Shown: positions 51,493 through 61,293 of the stretch, in pieces
Position numbering within the stretch: the stretch's first letter is position 1
Layout: each line of letters begins with the position of its first letter
Source: Promethearchaeota archaeon
GTDB taxonomy: Archaea; Asgardarchaeota; Lokiarchaeia; Sigyniarchaeales; SOKP01
NCBI GenBank assembly: GCA_048941285.1
Contig: JBHLNS010000001.1
Coordinates: 64,001-128,000 of the forward strand
Direction: 5' to 3'
Length of the DNA: 64,000 bases
Program-made: the position numbers and the translations under genes
The notes under the pieces: generated by a model
What the model saw: the letters and a program-made list of their open reading frames with translations, nothing else
What the model was told of the DNA's origin: nothing
Database searches by the model: none

Positions 51493-51552
51493 GTTAAAAA
51501 ATTTAAACTCAGAACACTTTCTTATTATATTAAACTGCATTATTCGATATTT

Positions 51553-52218
51553 ATGGATTTACAAAAAGAATATGAAAAACTGTATGAGCATTGGCAGAAA
51601 GAGTTTGAGAATCCTGAATTAACTGTGATAAATCAAGGAGATTTCACTAAATATAAAAAATTAGTAGATTTTATAAAGAATTATCAGGAAGAAGAAAAGG
51701 ATGATTTAAGGGATCAGATTTTAGCATCATACAAAAATAATATAAATTATCTATTTAAAGATTTATTTAAGATAAGAGAACTCAAAATAATAAATTCAGC
51801 ATTAACTCTTAAGCAAATTAATCTAAATAATCTAATTGAAGCAGAGAAATTACTTTATGAAAATTTAGTAAGTTCTATTAAAGGTTATAAAAAAGTAAAA
51901 GCAATTTCACTATATGATAAAGATGAAGTTCAGTACGATAATTTAATTGAATCAGAAGCGAAAGTAAAATCTACCATTGAAGATGCCCCTGTCTCTAAAG
52001 AAGAAAAAGCTTCTAACATTCTCGATTCCACTAAAAGGGATGATCGAGAAAAAATCAATTACACTCTTGTAAGATTTTTAAAGAAGACACCCCCTTTAGT
52101 AGGTATTGATCTTATTAATTATGGCCCTTTTGAAGAGGAAGATATCGCAAATCTCCCACAAAAAAATGCAAAAATCCTTATAATTGAAAAATTTGCTGAA
52201 AAAATAGAAATTGAATAA
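51553..52218 (+). CDS. GINS15 (Gins51) family replication protein
   Basis: RELKII A-domain; C-terminal B-domain LVRFLKKTPPLVGIDLINYGPFEEEDIANLP..NAKILI; follows priS. Confidence 0.85.
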   Translation: MDLQKEYEKLYEHWQKEFENPELTVINQGDFTKYKKLVDFIKNYQEEEKDDLRDQILASYKNNINYLFKDLFKIRELKIINSALTLKQINLNNLIEAEKLLYENLVSSIKGYKKVKAISLYDKDEVQYDNLIESEAKVKSTIEDAPVSKEEKASNILDSTKRDDREKINYTLVRFLKKTPPLVGIDLINYGPFEEEDIANLPQKNAKILIIEKFAEKIEIE

Positions 52219-52223
52219 AGCAG

Positions 52224-52409
52224 CTATTTAAACTTTTTATCAAACTCTTCTTTAAAATAGTCTAAGCGATATTTTGCATATTTATCGATTAATGAAAACT
52301 TTGGAGGTCTAGGGGTTATTAATTGACCTCCACAATAACGACATTTAGATTTAGGGTTGTGTAATCCATATCTATTACATTCTTTACATTTTTGGAGGTA
52401 TTTAGTCAT
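52224..52409 (-). CDS. nop10: H/ACA RNP protein Nop10
   Basis: KCKEC..Y.L, CRYCGG and PPKFSLIDKYAKYR motifs; follows aIF2a. Confidence 0.92.
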   Translation of the reverse strand: MTKYLQKCKECNRYGLHNPKSKCRYCGGQLITPRPPKFSLIDKYAKYRLDYFKEEFDKKFK

Positions 52410-52434
52410 AATTATAACCCTATGAGTAAATCAA

Positions 52435-53256
52435 TTAATCTCTAATAAATTCAAAAGTACCATTATATTTCACTACATTTTTCTCAATCGTCTCTAAAGC
52501 ATCGGATAAAATATTTTCAGCGTCTAAATAATCTTTTGAAACTACTTCTAAACGATAGAACGGGGCAGCAATATAATTAATATTAATATTCCTTGTCTTT
52601 TTTTGCTTTATCACTTTTAAAGCGTTTAAAAGAGATTCCTTAATATGATCAATTCCATTATCTGAAGTAAATGAAAGCTTAACCTTGCCAGATATGCTCA
52701 CTGTTGAAATACTTACATTTTCATCAATAATTTTCAATAGTGATGTTTTAAATCCCTCTGTTACCCCTTCTAAGCTGGATAATATTTCCTCACCATTTTC
52801 TTTTAGACCATCAACAGCTTCTTGATATGAATCAAATAAATCCAGTACTGGAAATCCTATTAATTCATAGGCTTCATCAAGAGTCATGTTAATTCCTTCT
52901 GTTTCTGTAAGAAATTGTAATAAATTCTCAAATTTTACTGCATATTTCCATTCTTTCATTCGGTTCTCTCTTTGGGCAGAATTTACCCTTCTTAATGATA
53001 AATCTACATGCCCCTTTTCTGCGTCAACCCTTAATACACGTAAAACTACTCTTTGACCAATTCGCACATAATTACGGATATTTTTGATCCATCGCGAACT
53101 TATTTCTGATATATGAATCATCCCTCGAGCATAATCTTCATGATCTAAACCATCAAAATCAATTAAATCAACATAAACATATTGATTTTGCACCTCTGTC
53201 ACCTTGGCAACTACAAATTCACCTTCACGAGGAAAGTTTGTTCTACTTTTTACCAT
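52435..53256 (-). CDS. eif2a: Translation initiation factor 2 alpha subunit (aIF2a)
   Basis: P.EGEFVV S1 domain, IHISEISSRWIKNIR, KGHVDLSLRRV and YIAAPFYR motifs. Confidence 0.95.
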   Translation of the reverse strand: MVKSRTNFPREGEFVVAKVTEVQNQYVYVDLIDFDGLDHEDYARGMIHISEISSRWIKNIRNYVRIGQRVVLRVLRVDAEKGHVDLSLRRVNSAQRENRMKEWKYAVKFENLLQFLTETEGINMTLDEAYELIGFPVLDLFDSYQEAVDGLKENGEEILSSLEGVTEGFKTSLLKIIDENVSISTVSISGKVKLSFTSDNGIDHIKESLLNALKVIKQKKTRNININYIAAPFYRLEVVSKDYLDAENILSDALETIEKNVVKYNGTFEFIRD

Positions 53257-53376
53257 TGTTGTGATAAGAATATTGGTTACTATTTATTTTTTTAAATTAA
53301 TTATTTGTATTAACGATGTATAATTTTTTACTTTTTTTATCTTTCATATAAAAAAGCAAATGAACAGTGATTAAAA

Positions 53377-53826
53377 ATTCCAAATTGGTTTATTCATAAT
53401 AAATGGGCTGAAAAAGCAGGTATTGACAAAAATGTAGCAGATCTAGTTAATAGAGCTTTAGACTATGGTTTCAATTGGGCGTTATATGAACAGAATAATA
53501 AGGAATTTGAAGATGAAGATAATGAGATTATTATTTCCCAACAACTAAAGCATTTCTGTGAAAAAGATAAAAATAAGAAAGGTTACATTAAAGCTGTGTA
53601 CTTGCATCATCTTTTAGATTTTTTTAAAGAAACACATGTTAACATTTATGATATTGACTTAGTATTCAATAGATTTTTACAAAATAAAGCTATTATTGAA
53701 ATTACTGACTCTGAGGGAAATAAAATGAATTTTCAAAGAGATCTGGAACAAATATTTAAATTACTAAAAGATAACAAAAAAGAATTATATGAAGATATAA
53801 AAGGTAAATATATCGAAGAAAAATAA
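53377..53826 (+). CDS. Hypothetical protein (probable ATT start, 149 aa)
   Basis: The frame is open from TGA 53368: (I)PNWFIHNKWAEKAGI...YLHHLLD. The ORF track only captures it from an internal GTG at 53596. Confidence 0.65.
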   Translation: MPNWFIHNKWAEKAGIDKNVADLVNRALDYGFNWALYEQNNKEFEDEDNEIIISQQLKHFCEKDKNKKGYIKAVYLHHLLDFFKETHVNIYDIDLVFNRFLQNKAIIEITDSEGNKMNFQRDLEQIFKLLKDNKKELYEDIKGKYIEEK

Positions 53827-53875
53827 AAAAAGAAAGCAGAGTGGAAAAAAACTTGATTTATAGTAAAAAATGATT

Positions 53876-55741
53876 TTAAAAATACTGAGAAATCCATTCT
53901 AACTCTAATTCTGCTAATTTTGAACTTGTTGGTATCCCATTATTGTTCCAACCCATCATTTTATAATAGGTGTTAATGGCAGTCTCAAGTTCATCTGGAT
54001 TAATAGAAGTTTCTGAAAGTGATCCCGAGGTATGAGGTTTGAAAAATCTTTCTGGTAACCAATCATCCTTTTTTTCTAAACCCTCCCTAATGTTGAAAGC
54101 TCTTGCCATAGTGGTAATCCTCTCTCCTGCTTTCATTAATTCCCAGGTCGTAGTATACCAACCTGTAACAGCCCTTAAAATCTCAGGCACATCAACATAA
54201 TCCCAAGGTAAGAAATAACATATTAATAAAGCATTATATAAATTACGCCAATTAGTAATATAAACTAATGCTCGAATCTTCTTTACTCCTAAATCATTAA
54301 TCTCGAGTGGCTCTAAAATTCCAATAGCACTATGAGCACCAATTGATCTTTCACTTGCAATTGAAGTATCATGCAAATTAGCCATATGTTCCGCACCAGT
54401 AGGTGAAATTGCATAGCCAACTCCTAATCCCTGTTTCAAACGAGGTTCATGCATGGGTATCTCTTGTCCTTTCACATGCATTGCGAACTTATCTGTCCCG
54501 TTTTTTATTTTTTCAGAAGCTCTTTTTACACCCTCAGCTAAAATATCACCCAAACCTTCACGTTTGCCAATCATTTCAACCATCTTCACCATGGTTTCAG
54601 CATTTCCAAAATTAAGTTTTAAACCATTTGTATCTTTATCAGATAAGATTCCATTCTCATAACATTCCATAGCAAATCCAATAGATACTCCTGCTGAAAT
54701 AGTATCTAATGAATACTTATTACACAATTCATTTGCTTTGCAAACTGCTTTTATATCCTCAACCCCACAATTAGAACCAAATGCTCCAATTGATTCATAT
54801 TCAGGACCACCATAAATTGGATTTACATTCCATGGTTCACCAATTTCAACGATTTTCTTGCACCGGACTGAACATGCATAACATGCTTCCATTTTTAAGC
54901 CAATTTCATCTTTCATTATACTAGGATCTAATGACTTTGCAGCAGAAAAATTGCCATCTCTAAAATTTCGCGTTGGAAGATTCCCAGACGTAGCAAATTG
55001 TTCCATTATAGCGCCCCCAGTTCCATATTGAAAATAACCCCTCATTGGCTTATATGCTAATTCATTAAACTCCTTTATTTTTGCTCTTAATTTTTCTTTA
55101 TCCTTAACTTCAAGTCGTTTATGACCTCTAACAGCAATAGCTTTCAAATTTTTAGATCCCATTACGGCACCCATCCCTGTACGACCTGCAGCATTTCTCA
55201 GATCGTTTATGACACAAGCGTAGCGTACTAATCGCTCTCCGCCTGGCCCTATTTGAGCTACTCGAATTAATTTGTCATTTAACTCTTTTTGTATAATTTC
55301 TTGTGCTTCTCCTGTTAGTTTTCCCCATAGATGACTTGCATCCCTTAATTCTGCCTCTCCTTCCTTTATCCATAAATAAACAGGCTTCTTTGCTTTTCCT
55401 TCTATGATTATTGCATCAAATCCCGCCTGTTTTAATTCAGCACCCCAATGACCTCCAACTTCAGCCTCACCAAAACCTCCTGTTAAAGGAGATTTGGCTC
55501 CAACACTGTTTCGACCTGTTCCAGGAATTGCAAATCCAGTTAAAGGCCCTGTAGCAAAAATTAACTTATTTTGAGGACCTAAAGGATCAGTACCTTTTGG
55601 AACTTCCTTTAAAAGATAATAAGCTACGAATCCTTCACCACCAATATATCGGCGGTAGAAATTCTCATCCGGATTTTCAATCGAGATCGCTCTATTTGTT
55701 AAATTAACGCGAAGAAAATTTCCAGTATATCCATTAACCAT
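53876..55741 (-). CDS. aor: Tungsten-containing aldehyde:ferredoxin oxidoreductase family
   Basis: KSPLTGG, AAGRTGMGAVMGSKNLKAI, CYACSVRC, GPEYE, DTIS and DWLPERF motifs. Confidence 0.92.
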   Translation of the reverse strand: MVNGYTGNFLRVNLTNRAISIENPDENFYRRYIGGEGFVAYYLLKEVPKGTDPLGPQNKLIFATGPLTGFAIPGTGRNSVGAKSPLTGGFGEAEVGGHWGAELKQAGFDAIIIEGKAKKPVYLWIKEGEAELRDASHLWGKLTGEAQEIIQKELNDKLIRVAQIGPGGERLVRYACVINDLRNAAGRTGMGAVMGSKNLKAIAVRGHKRLEVKDKEKLRAKIKEFNELAYKPMRGYFQYGTGGAIMEQFATSGNLPTRNFRDGNFSAAKSLDPSIMKDEIGLKMEACYACSVRCKKIVEIGEPWNVNPIYGGPEYESIGAFGSNCGVEDIKAVCKANELCNKYSLDTISAGVSIGFAMECYENGILSDKDTNGLKLNFGNAETMVKMVEMIGKREGLGDILAEGVKRASEKIKNGTDKFAMHVKGQEIPMHEPRLKQGLGVGYAISPTGAEHMANLHDTSIASERSIGAHSAIGILEPLEINDLGVKKIRALVYITNWRNLYNALLICYFLPWDYVDVPEILRAVTGWYTTTWELMKAGERITTMARAFNIREGLEKKDDWLPERFFKPHTSGSLSETSINPDELETAINTYYKMMGWNNNGIPTSSKLAELELEWISQYF

Positions 55742-55921
55742 AATATATCCTTATTTTTCAAATAATTTTAATTATATTTAGTTAAATTTCATCTTATTTA
55801 TATTTCTTATTTCTTGTAATCCTTTTTCTAAACATGTGAATATTTCATTTAGACTCTTCTAAAGTTTCATACTTAAGTCTTGAGAAAAAGTCAAATTAAA
55901 TCAATTTCAATGTATTTTTAA

Positions 55922-57013
55922 TTAATCAAATGGATATATACCAAGTTTAGCCCTTGGATCATTTTTTATTCTTTCTTTATAAAATGCGTAATCTTCACCC
56001 ATATAACCATTTTGGATCCATTCAAATGGTCTATTATCTAAGATCTCATCAATTTTCCTTAGAATATCCTTTGTTAATCTTACTTCTAAAGATTGAAGGT
56101 TTTCTTCAACCCTATCAGGGTGTCTAGTACCCATTAATGCACTACTTACGAAATGATTACTTAAAACCCACGCATATGCTAGTTGAGCCAAGGTAACCTC
56201 TATTTCAACGGCGATCTCTGACAATTTTAAGAATTTTTCAAATTTCGAAGCTTGTGGTTTTTGATTCTCATCTCCAATATACCTTAAAATTGATTTAATT
56301 TCTTGATCGCTTAGATCCTCCATTTTTTTTCCCTTATACTTTGAAGTGAACAATCCATCTGCTAATACCTTATAAGCAACTAAGCCTATTCCAGTATATT
56401 CAGCAGTGTATGGTAGTTCATATTCACCACTAAACCGCATCACTAGATTATATTTTACTTGATCACAGACTGGTCCACGTAATCCCAAATTTTTCGCTAT
56501 TCCCCAAGCCCTTTCCAGTTGAGAAGCAAACCAATTTGATGTCCCCCAATAAAGGATCTTACCTTCATCGATTAAATCGTTCATTGCCCTCACGGTCTCT
56601 TCTAGAGGGGTACTATAGTCATACCTATGGCAATAATATAAATCTAGATAATCTATATCCATCCGTTCTAACGTTTTATCAATAGCCTCTGAAATGTGTT
56701 TTTTACCTAAACCTCGGTCATTGGAATTCGAACTCATCGGAAAGAAAACCTTACTTGCTAAGACAAAATTTGTTCGATCATAATCCTTTATGAATTCTCC
56801 AATTATTTTTTCTGCTGGCCCAAATCCTCCATATATATCTGCACAATCAATATGATTAATACCTCCCTCCCATGCTTTCTTAAGGCAAATAAGAGCTTCT
56901 TCTCTTGAAACTGGATTATCAGTTGCATTCCATTGAGCCCCCCCATAAAATAATGACCCAAAACCAATTTCAGACACATACATCCCGGAATTTCCCAATT
57001 TTCTATACTTCAT
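55922..57013 (-). CDS. Aldo/keto reductase
   Basis: YRKLGNSG..VSEIGFG, DCADIYG, DYLDLYYCHR and GKILYWGTSN motifs. Confidence 0.92.
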   Translation of the reverse strand: MKYRKLGNSGMYVSEIGFGSLFYGGAQWNATDNPVSREEALICLKKAWEGGINHIDCADIYGGFGPAEKIIGEFIKDYDRTNFVLASKVFFPMSSNSNDRGLGKKHISEAIDKTLERMDIDYLDLYYCHRYDYSTPLEETVRAMNDLIDEGKILYWGTSNWFASQLERAWGIAKNLGLRGPVCDQVKYNLVMRFSGEYELPYTAEYTGIGLVAYKVLADGLFTSKYKGKKMEDLSDQEIKSILRYIGDENQKPQASKFEKFLKLSEIAVEIEVTLAQLAYAWVLSNHFVSSALMGTRHPDRVEENLQSLEVRLTKDILRKIDEILDNRPFEWIQNGYMGEDYAFYKERIKNDPRAKLGIYPFD

Positions 57014-57342
57014 AAAGGCTCATTATTCCTTCTTATTCAATAATCTAACTATTCTTTTCTTCCAAATTATTATAAATTTTTTTGTTAATTTATAGTTTGA
57101 ATTATTGAACTTCATCCGAAGTCCAAATTCAAGTTTTGAGTATTTATCTATATTCTAAATTGTTAATTTGTCGTTTGAAATTATTGCATTACAATCTTTC
57201 TTAAGACTCGATAATTTCGCTTAAATATAGTAAAAAATATAAATTCAACAACATTTACAATTAACATCTAATAAAAATAATTTAATATTAAATATTATAT
57301 TCAGAACAAATAAATCATAAAAAATTAAGGAAATTGATGAAA

Positions 57343-58635
57343 ATGGCTGATAAAGAACATTTAAATCTCGTAATAATAGGGCATATAGATCACGGGAAGA
57401 GTACGATGATGGGAGCTATGCTTATTGAAACTGGAGCAGTTACTGATAGAGAAGCTCGTGAATTGGAAAAATTGGCAAAAGAATACGACAGGGATTCTTG
57501 GTCATACGCTTTTGTCTTTGACAGACTTAAAGAGGAACGACAAAGGGGAATTACTATTGATTTAGCGTTTCGAAAATTTGAAACTAAAACCAAATACTTT
57601 ACAATTATTGATGCCCCAGGACATGCTGACTTCGTCAAAAATATGATAACTGGAGCGTCTCAAGCTGATGCTGCTATCCTTGTTGTATCTGGTAAAAAAG
57701 GAGAAATGGAAGTTGGGATCGCAGCTAATGGGCAGACTCGAGAACACGCTTATTTAGCACAAACCTTAGGTATAAAGCAACTTGTAGTTGCTGTTAATAA
57801 AGCAGATGTTTATGATTATTCCGAAGACAGATTTAACGAGTGCAAACAATCTGTTGGTGACCTTCTCAAAAGCATTGGATTTAAGGACGTAAAATTTATT
57901 CCAACAAGTGGGATGCAAATGCAAAATCTTTCAAGGAAAAGCGACAAAATGCCATGGTATGATGGTCCAACTTTGATTGATGCGATAGATCAATTTGTTC
58001 TTCCTGAAAAGCCAACTAACAAGCCTTTAAGAGTACCAATTCAAGATTGTTATAGAATTAAGGGAACAGGTGTTGTTCCTGTTGGCAGAGTAGAAACGGG
58101 AATTTTAAAGAAAGGAGATAAAATAGTTATCATGCCTACTGGGTTTCAAGGAGAAATTCGTTCTATTGAAATGCATCATGAAGAGATTCCACAAGCCATA
58201 CCTGGAGACAATATTGGATTTAGTATTAGAGGTATTACAATGGCAGATGCCAGTAGAGGAGATTGTTTAGGACATCCTTCTAACCCACCAACAGTAATTA
58301 CTCCAAATGGGAAATGGACGGGACAAATTATCGTAATCTGGCACCCTACTGCAGTTGCTCAAGGTTACACCCCAGTAATTCATGCTCACACTGCTCAAGT
58401 AGCAGCACGATTTTCTGCTTTAGTTAAGAAATTAGACCAGAAGACCGGTAGTGTAATAGAAGACTCACCTAAATTTTTGAAAAAGAATGAATCTGCTATT
58501 GTAGAGTTGACTCCGATTAAAAAAATGTGTCTTGAAAAATACGAAGATATTCCTGAAATGGGTCGATTTGCAGTACGTGACATGGGAAGAACTGTTGCAG
58601 TTGGTATAGTAAAGGATATTGTCACAGGAGCATAA
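57343..58635 (+). CDS. tuf: Elongation factor 1-alpha
   Basis: GHIDHGKST, ERQRGITID, DAPGH, NKAD and GRFAVRDMGRTVAVG motifs. Confidence 0.98.
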   Translation: MADKEHLNLVIIGHIDHGKSTMMGAMLIETGAVTDREARELEKLAKEYDRDSWSYAFVFDRLKEERQRGITIDLAFRKFETKTKYFTIIDAPGHADFVKNMITGASQADAAILVVSGKKGEMEVGIAANGQTREHAYLAQTLGIKQLVVAVNKADVYDYSEDRFNECKQSVGDLLKSIGFKDVKFIPTSGMQMQNLSRKSDKMPWYDGPTLIDAIDQFVLPEKPTNKPLRVPIQDCYRIKGTGVVPVGRVETGILKKGDKIVIMPTGFQGEIRSIEMHHEEIPQAIPGDNIGFSIRGITMADASRGDCLGHPSNPPTVITPNGKWTGQIIVIWHPTAVAQGYTPVIHAHTAQVAARFSALVKKLDQKTGSVIEDSPKFLKKNESAIVELTPIKKMCLEKYEDIPEMGRFAVRDMGRTVAVGIVKDIVTGA

Positions 58636-58882
58636 ATAACCCAATATTTGAAATTTTTTCTTATATTCTTATTTTTAATTGAAAATTTTTTATTTTAAAT
58701 CATTTACTTCAAATAATTTTTATTTCTTCATTTTTGGGAGACTTTAAGTTGACAAATTAAGTCAAAACGGTATATATATTTAAATTCTATCGGAATATTC
58801 CCATGATATAAGAATAATATTTTCATTTTTGAAGCTTTATTTGCCTTTTCTACATAAAAGGATATTATTTAGAAAAGGTTGA

Positions 58883-59362
58883 TTTAAGGTTCTTTCGACA
58901 AAAACAAAAATTTGTCTTTTAGGGTTGAATAATGTTGGAAAGTCGTCATTATTAAGTTTACTTCAAGGTCGCGAAGTATCGAATGAGAGAAATCCAACTG
59001 TTGGTTTAGAAATAGAAGATTCGGTTCTAAACGGAAAGAAAGTCAATATATGGGATTTTGGTGGCCAAGAAAGGTTTAGGTTCATGTGGGAGGACTTTTT
59101 AAGAGGAGCGGGATTAGCAGTTTTAGTCTGTGATTCTACAGAAGATAATATTAAGAAAACAAAAGATATTTACAAAAGAGTCTCACGTTATTTAGATACT
59201 AAAATCATTGCTATTGCTAATAAACAAGATCTTCCAAATGCTTTAAGTGCGAAAAAGGTTCAGAAAAAACTTGGAATTCCAACTTATGGAATGTCTGCAT
59301 TACGGTTGGAATTACGAGATAGAATGCGTGATATTCTTGAATACGAGATAGAAACAAGTTAA
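58883..59362 (+). CDS. Arf/Sar-like small GTPase; start codon uncertain (non-canonical)
   Basis: KICLLGLNNVGKS (G1), PTVG, WDFGGQERFR, ANKQD and SAL motifs. The first TTG (58925) falls inside the P-loop; the frame is open from 58883. Confidence 0.8.
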   Translation, partial: FKVLSTKTKICLLGLNNVGKSSLLSLLQGREVSNERNPTVGLEIEDSVLNGKKVNIWDFGGQERFRFMWEDFLRGAGLAVLVCDSTEDNIKKTKDIYKRVSRYLDTKIIAIANKQDLPNALSAKKVQKKLGIPTYGMSALRLELRDRMRDILEYEIETS

Positions 59363-59380
59363 ATAAACATGTATTATCTT

Positions 59381-59941
59381 TTAAATAATCTTTCCAATTA
59401 AGTGTGCCAACCTGATACATTCAGGGGTTTTAGAGTCAATACATGTTTTTTTTAAGAGTAATTCTGCTTGATTAATTTCAATGCCTTTTATATGGAAATA
59501 AATATCTGATAATCCTCCGGCTGTCTCAATTTGAGTATGAAATAAGCTTCCAGCATCAATTATATTTTGAATCTTAAATTTATAAGTATCTGGGAATTTT
59601 AGTTTAATTGCTTTTATCACCGAATCAATATCAACCTTCCTTTCATTAACAGCAATTATAGGTTTTTCTAATTCATAATAAATTTGATTTAGATTAATGA
59701 GGTTGAATCCTCCGAATGTAATACTGTGTGTTAATATATATTGAACATGTTTTTCATTTTCTTTTACCATTTCTATTAATTTTTCACTTGCATCGTTTCC
59801 ATCTATTTGGATTTCTGTTTTAATAATATTAACTGTTCGAACTCCTTGACATATAACTCCAATTAATTGAGTTGTTTTAGCTTTTGTCTTTAATTCAAAG
59901 GGTGCATCATCAATTCCAATTATTATAGGATTATCTTTCAT
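59381..59941 (-). CDS. DUF99 family (endonuclease V-like) protein
   Basis: IIGIDD, IDGNDA, ITFGGFN and PECIRLAHLI motifs. Confidence 0.88.
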   Translation of the reverse strand: MKDNPIIIGIDDAPFELKTKAKTTQLIGVICQGVRTVNIIKTEIQIDGNDASEKLIEMVKENEKHVQYILTHSITFGGFNLINLNQIYYELEKPIIAVNERKVDIDSVIKAIKLKFPDTYKFKIQNIIDAGSLFHTQIETAGGLSDIYFHIKGIEINQAELLLKKTCIDSKTPECIRLAHLIGKII

Positions 59942-59948
59942 ATTTTTA

Positions 59949-60401
59949 TTATTTGTTGGGTAGGAATTTTTTAATATGATTTAACAGATTAGTAAATGCT
60001 ATAGTAGCATTTCTAATCTCTTCAGTCCTATTATAGAGATCTCCCGAAAGATGGTCAACTAAAAAGTCTATAAATTCTTTTAAGTTCATTTTATTATTAA
60101 GATATACGTAAGCTACTAAAGATTCAACGGTATCAGCAAGATCATGAGCATTTGCTCTTGTTTTTGCGAAATTCTTCATATTGGCATTTTTTAATGCTGT
60201 TTCTAAAATTATTTTACTAACTTTTTTTCCCGTTCTAATAGGTTTTTTGTTTGGACTATTTTTCGTTAAATAAATAGATTTTGCTAAGGAATAAGCTAAA
60301 TTGACTATACCATCTCCAATTTTAGCTAGGCCTTTATCGGTACCAATAGCCTTTTGTGACTTGTTCAGATTTAAATCGGAAATTAAAAACTCATAATCCA
60401 T
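59949..60401 (-). CDS. Archaeal RNase III-domain protein
   Basis: LAKIGDGIVNL and LADTVESLVAYVYL RNase III-like signature residues. Confidence 0.75.
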   Translation of the reverse strand: MDYEFLISDLNLNKSQKAIGTDKGLAKIGDGIVNLAYSLAKSIYLTKNSPNKKPIRTGKKVSKIILETALKNANMKNFAKTRANAHDLADTVESLVAYVYLNNKMNLKEFIDFLVDHLSGDLYNRTEEIRNATIAFTNLLNHIKKFLPNK

Positions 60402-60458
60402 TAAGATAAGTTGAATTAAGGCATCTTATAAAGTTTTCATAAAAAAGAGAATAATGTC

Positions 60459-60953
60459 TTATGTAAGTTTTTTGAATACTTTTTGAACATCGAGAACTTC
60501 TTGTCTTAATGACTCAATTCCTTTATTTAAAATATCTTTAATCTTATAATTTTTTGAATTTTCAAGTCGTATGAAGATCTGAGCTGGGCTTATATTAGTT
60601 GCTTTATATGCGGCTATATTTACACCTTCAATATTTAATAAATGCTTCACAAGAATATTACAAAATCCATGAGATTGGCCTTCAACGATTAACTCATAAT
60701 CGTTTTCAGCTTTCCCTTTATTTAACTTTAAATTAAGATACTTATAATCAGGAAATCTAGGTTCTTCTTCTAATTCAAATTCTTCCTCTTCAATAATTTC
60801 GTCAGATGAGGGTGGAACAGCTTCTACTTCCTTTTTTTTTTCCACCTTGGGATAAACACTTTCAATCTCTTCATCATCTAATAATTCATCCCCAAATTCA
60901 TCAATTTCATCTTCATCTTTATCTTCTAATTTGACTGCTTTTTTTTTTGCCAT
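60459..60953 (-). CDS. rpo11: RNA polymerase subunit Rpo11 (RpoL) with acidic N-terminal extension
   Basis: ELIVEGQSHGFCNIL...GVNIAAY motif; context csl4-DUF2067-rpo11. Confidence 0.85.
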   Translation of the reverse strand: MAKKKAVKLEDKDEDEIDEFGDELLDDEEIESVYPKVEKKKEVEAVPPSSDEIIEEEEFELEEEPRFPDYKYLNLKLNKGKAENDYELIVEGQSHGFCNILVKHLLNIEGVNIAAYKATNISPAQIFIRLENSKNYKIKDILNKGIESLRQEVLDVQKVFKKLT

Positions 60954-61039
60954 TATTATAACTCCCAATGATAAGAATTTGATAACTTTAATAAATAGTA
61001 TTTAGAATAAAATAAATTTTTTATGGTTTTATATAAATC

Positions 61040-61258
61040 TCACAAATAACGATTTGCCAAATCTTTTAATCTTTCAGTTGCTAAATGTTGAAGATCTCTT
61101 GACCCAAAAAGAGTGATTTTTATACTTTTACCTTCAACAGAGACATTTAGATTTAAATAATTCACCTTTTTCTGCACATTTTCAAGAAATTTAATAACAT
61201 TATCCAAAGAACCACTATTATTATAGAAATGAATTACTTTTTTTCCTAACTTTCTCAC
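61040..61258 (-). CDS. DUF2067-like small protein
   Basis: 72 aa with IKITLFGSR; sits in the conserved slot between csl4 and rpo11. Confidence 0.6.
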   Translation of the reverse strand: MRKLGKKVIHFYNNSGSLDNVIKFLENVQKKVNYLNLNVSVEGKSIKITLFGSRDLQHLATERLKDLANRYL

Positions 61259-61293
61259 TTGATGAACACTCGTATCTTTTTAGTAATAAAAAA

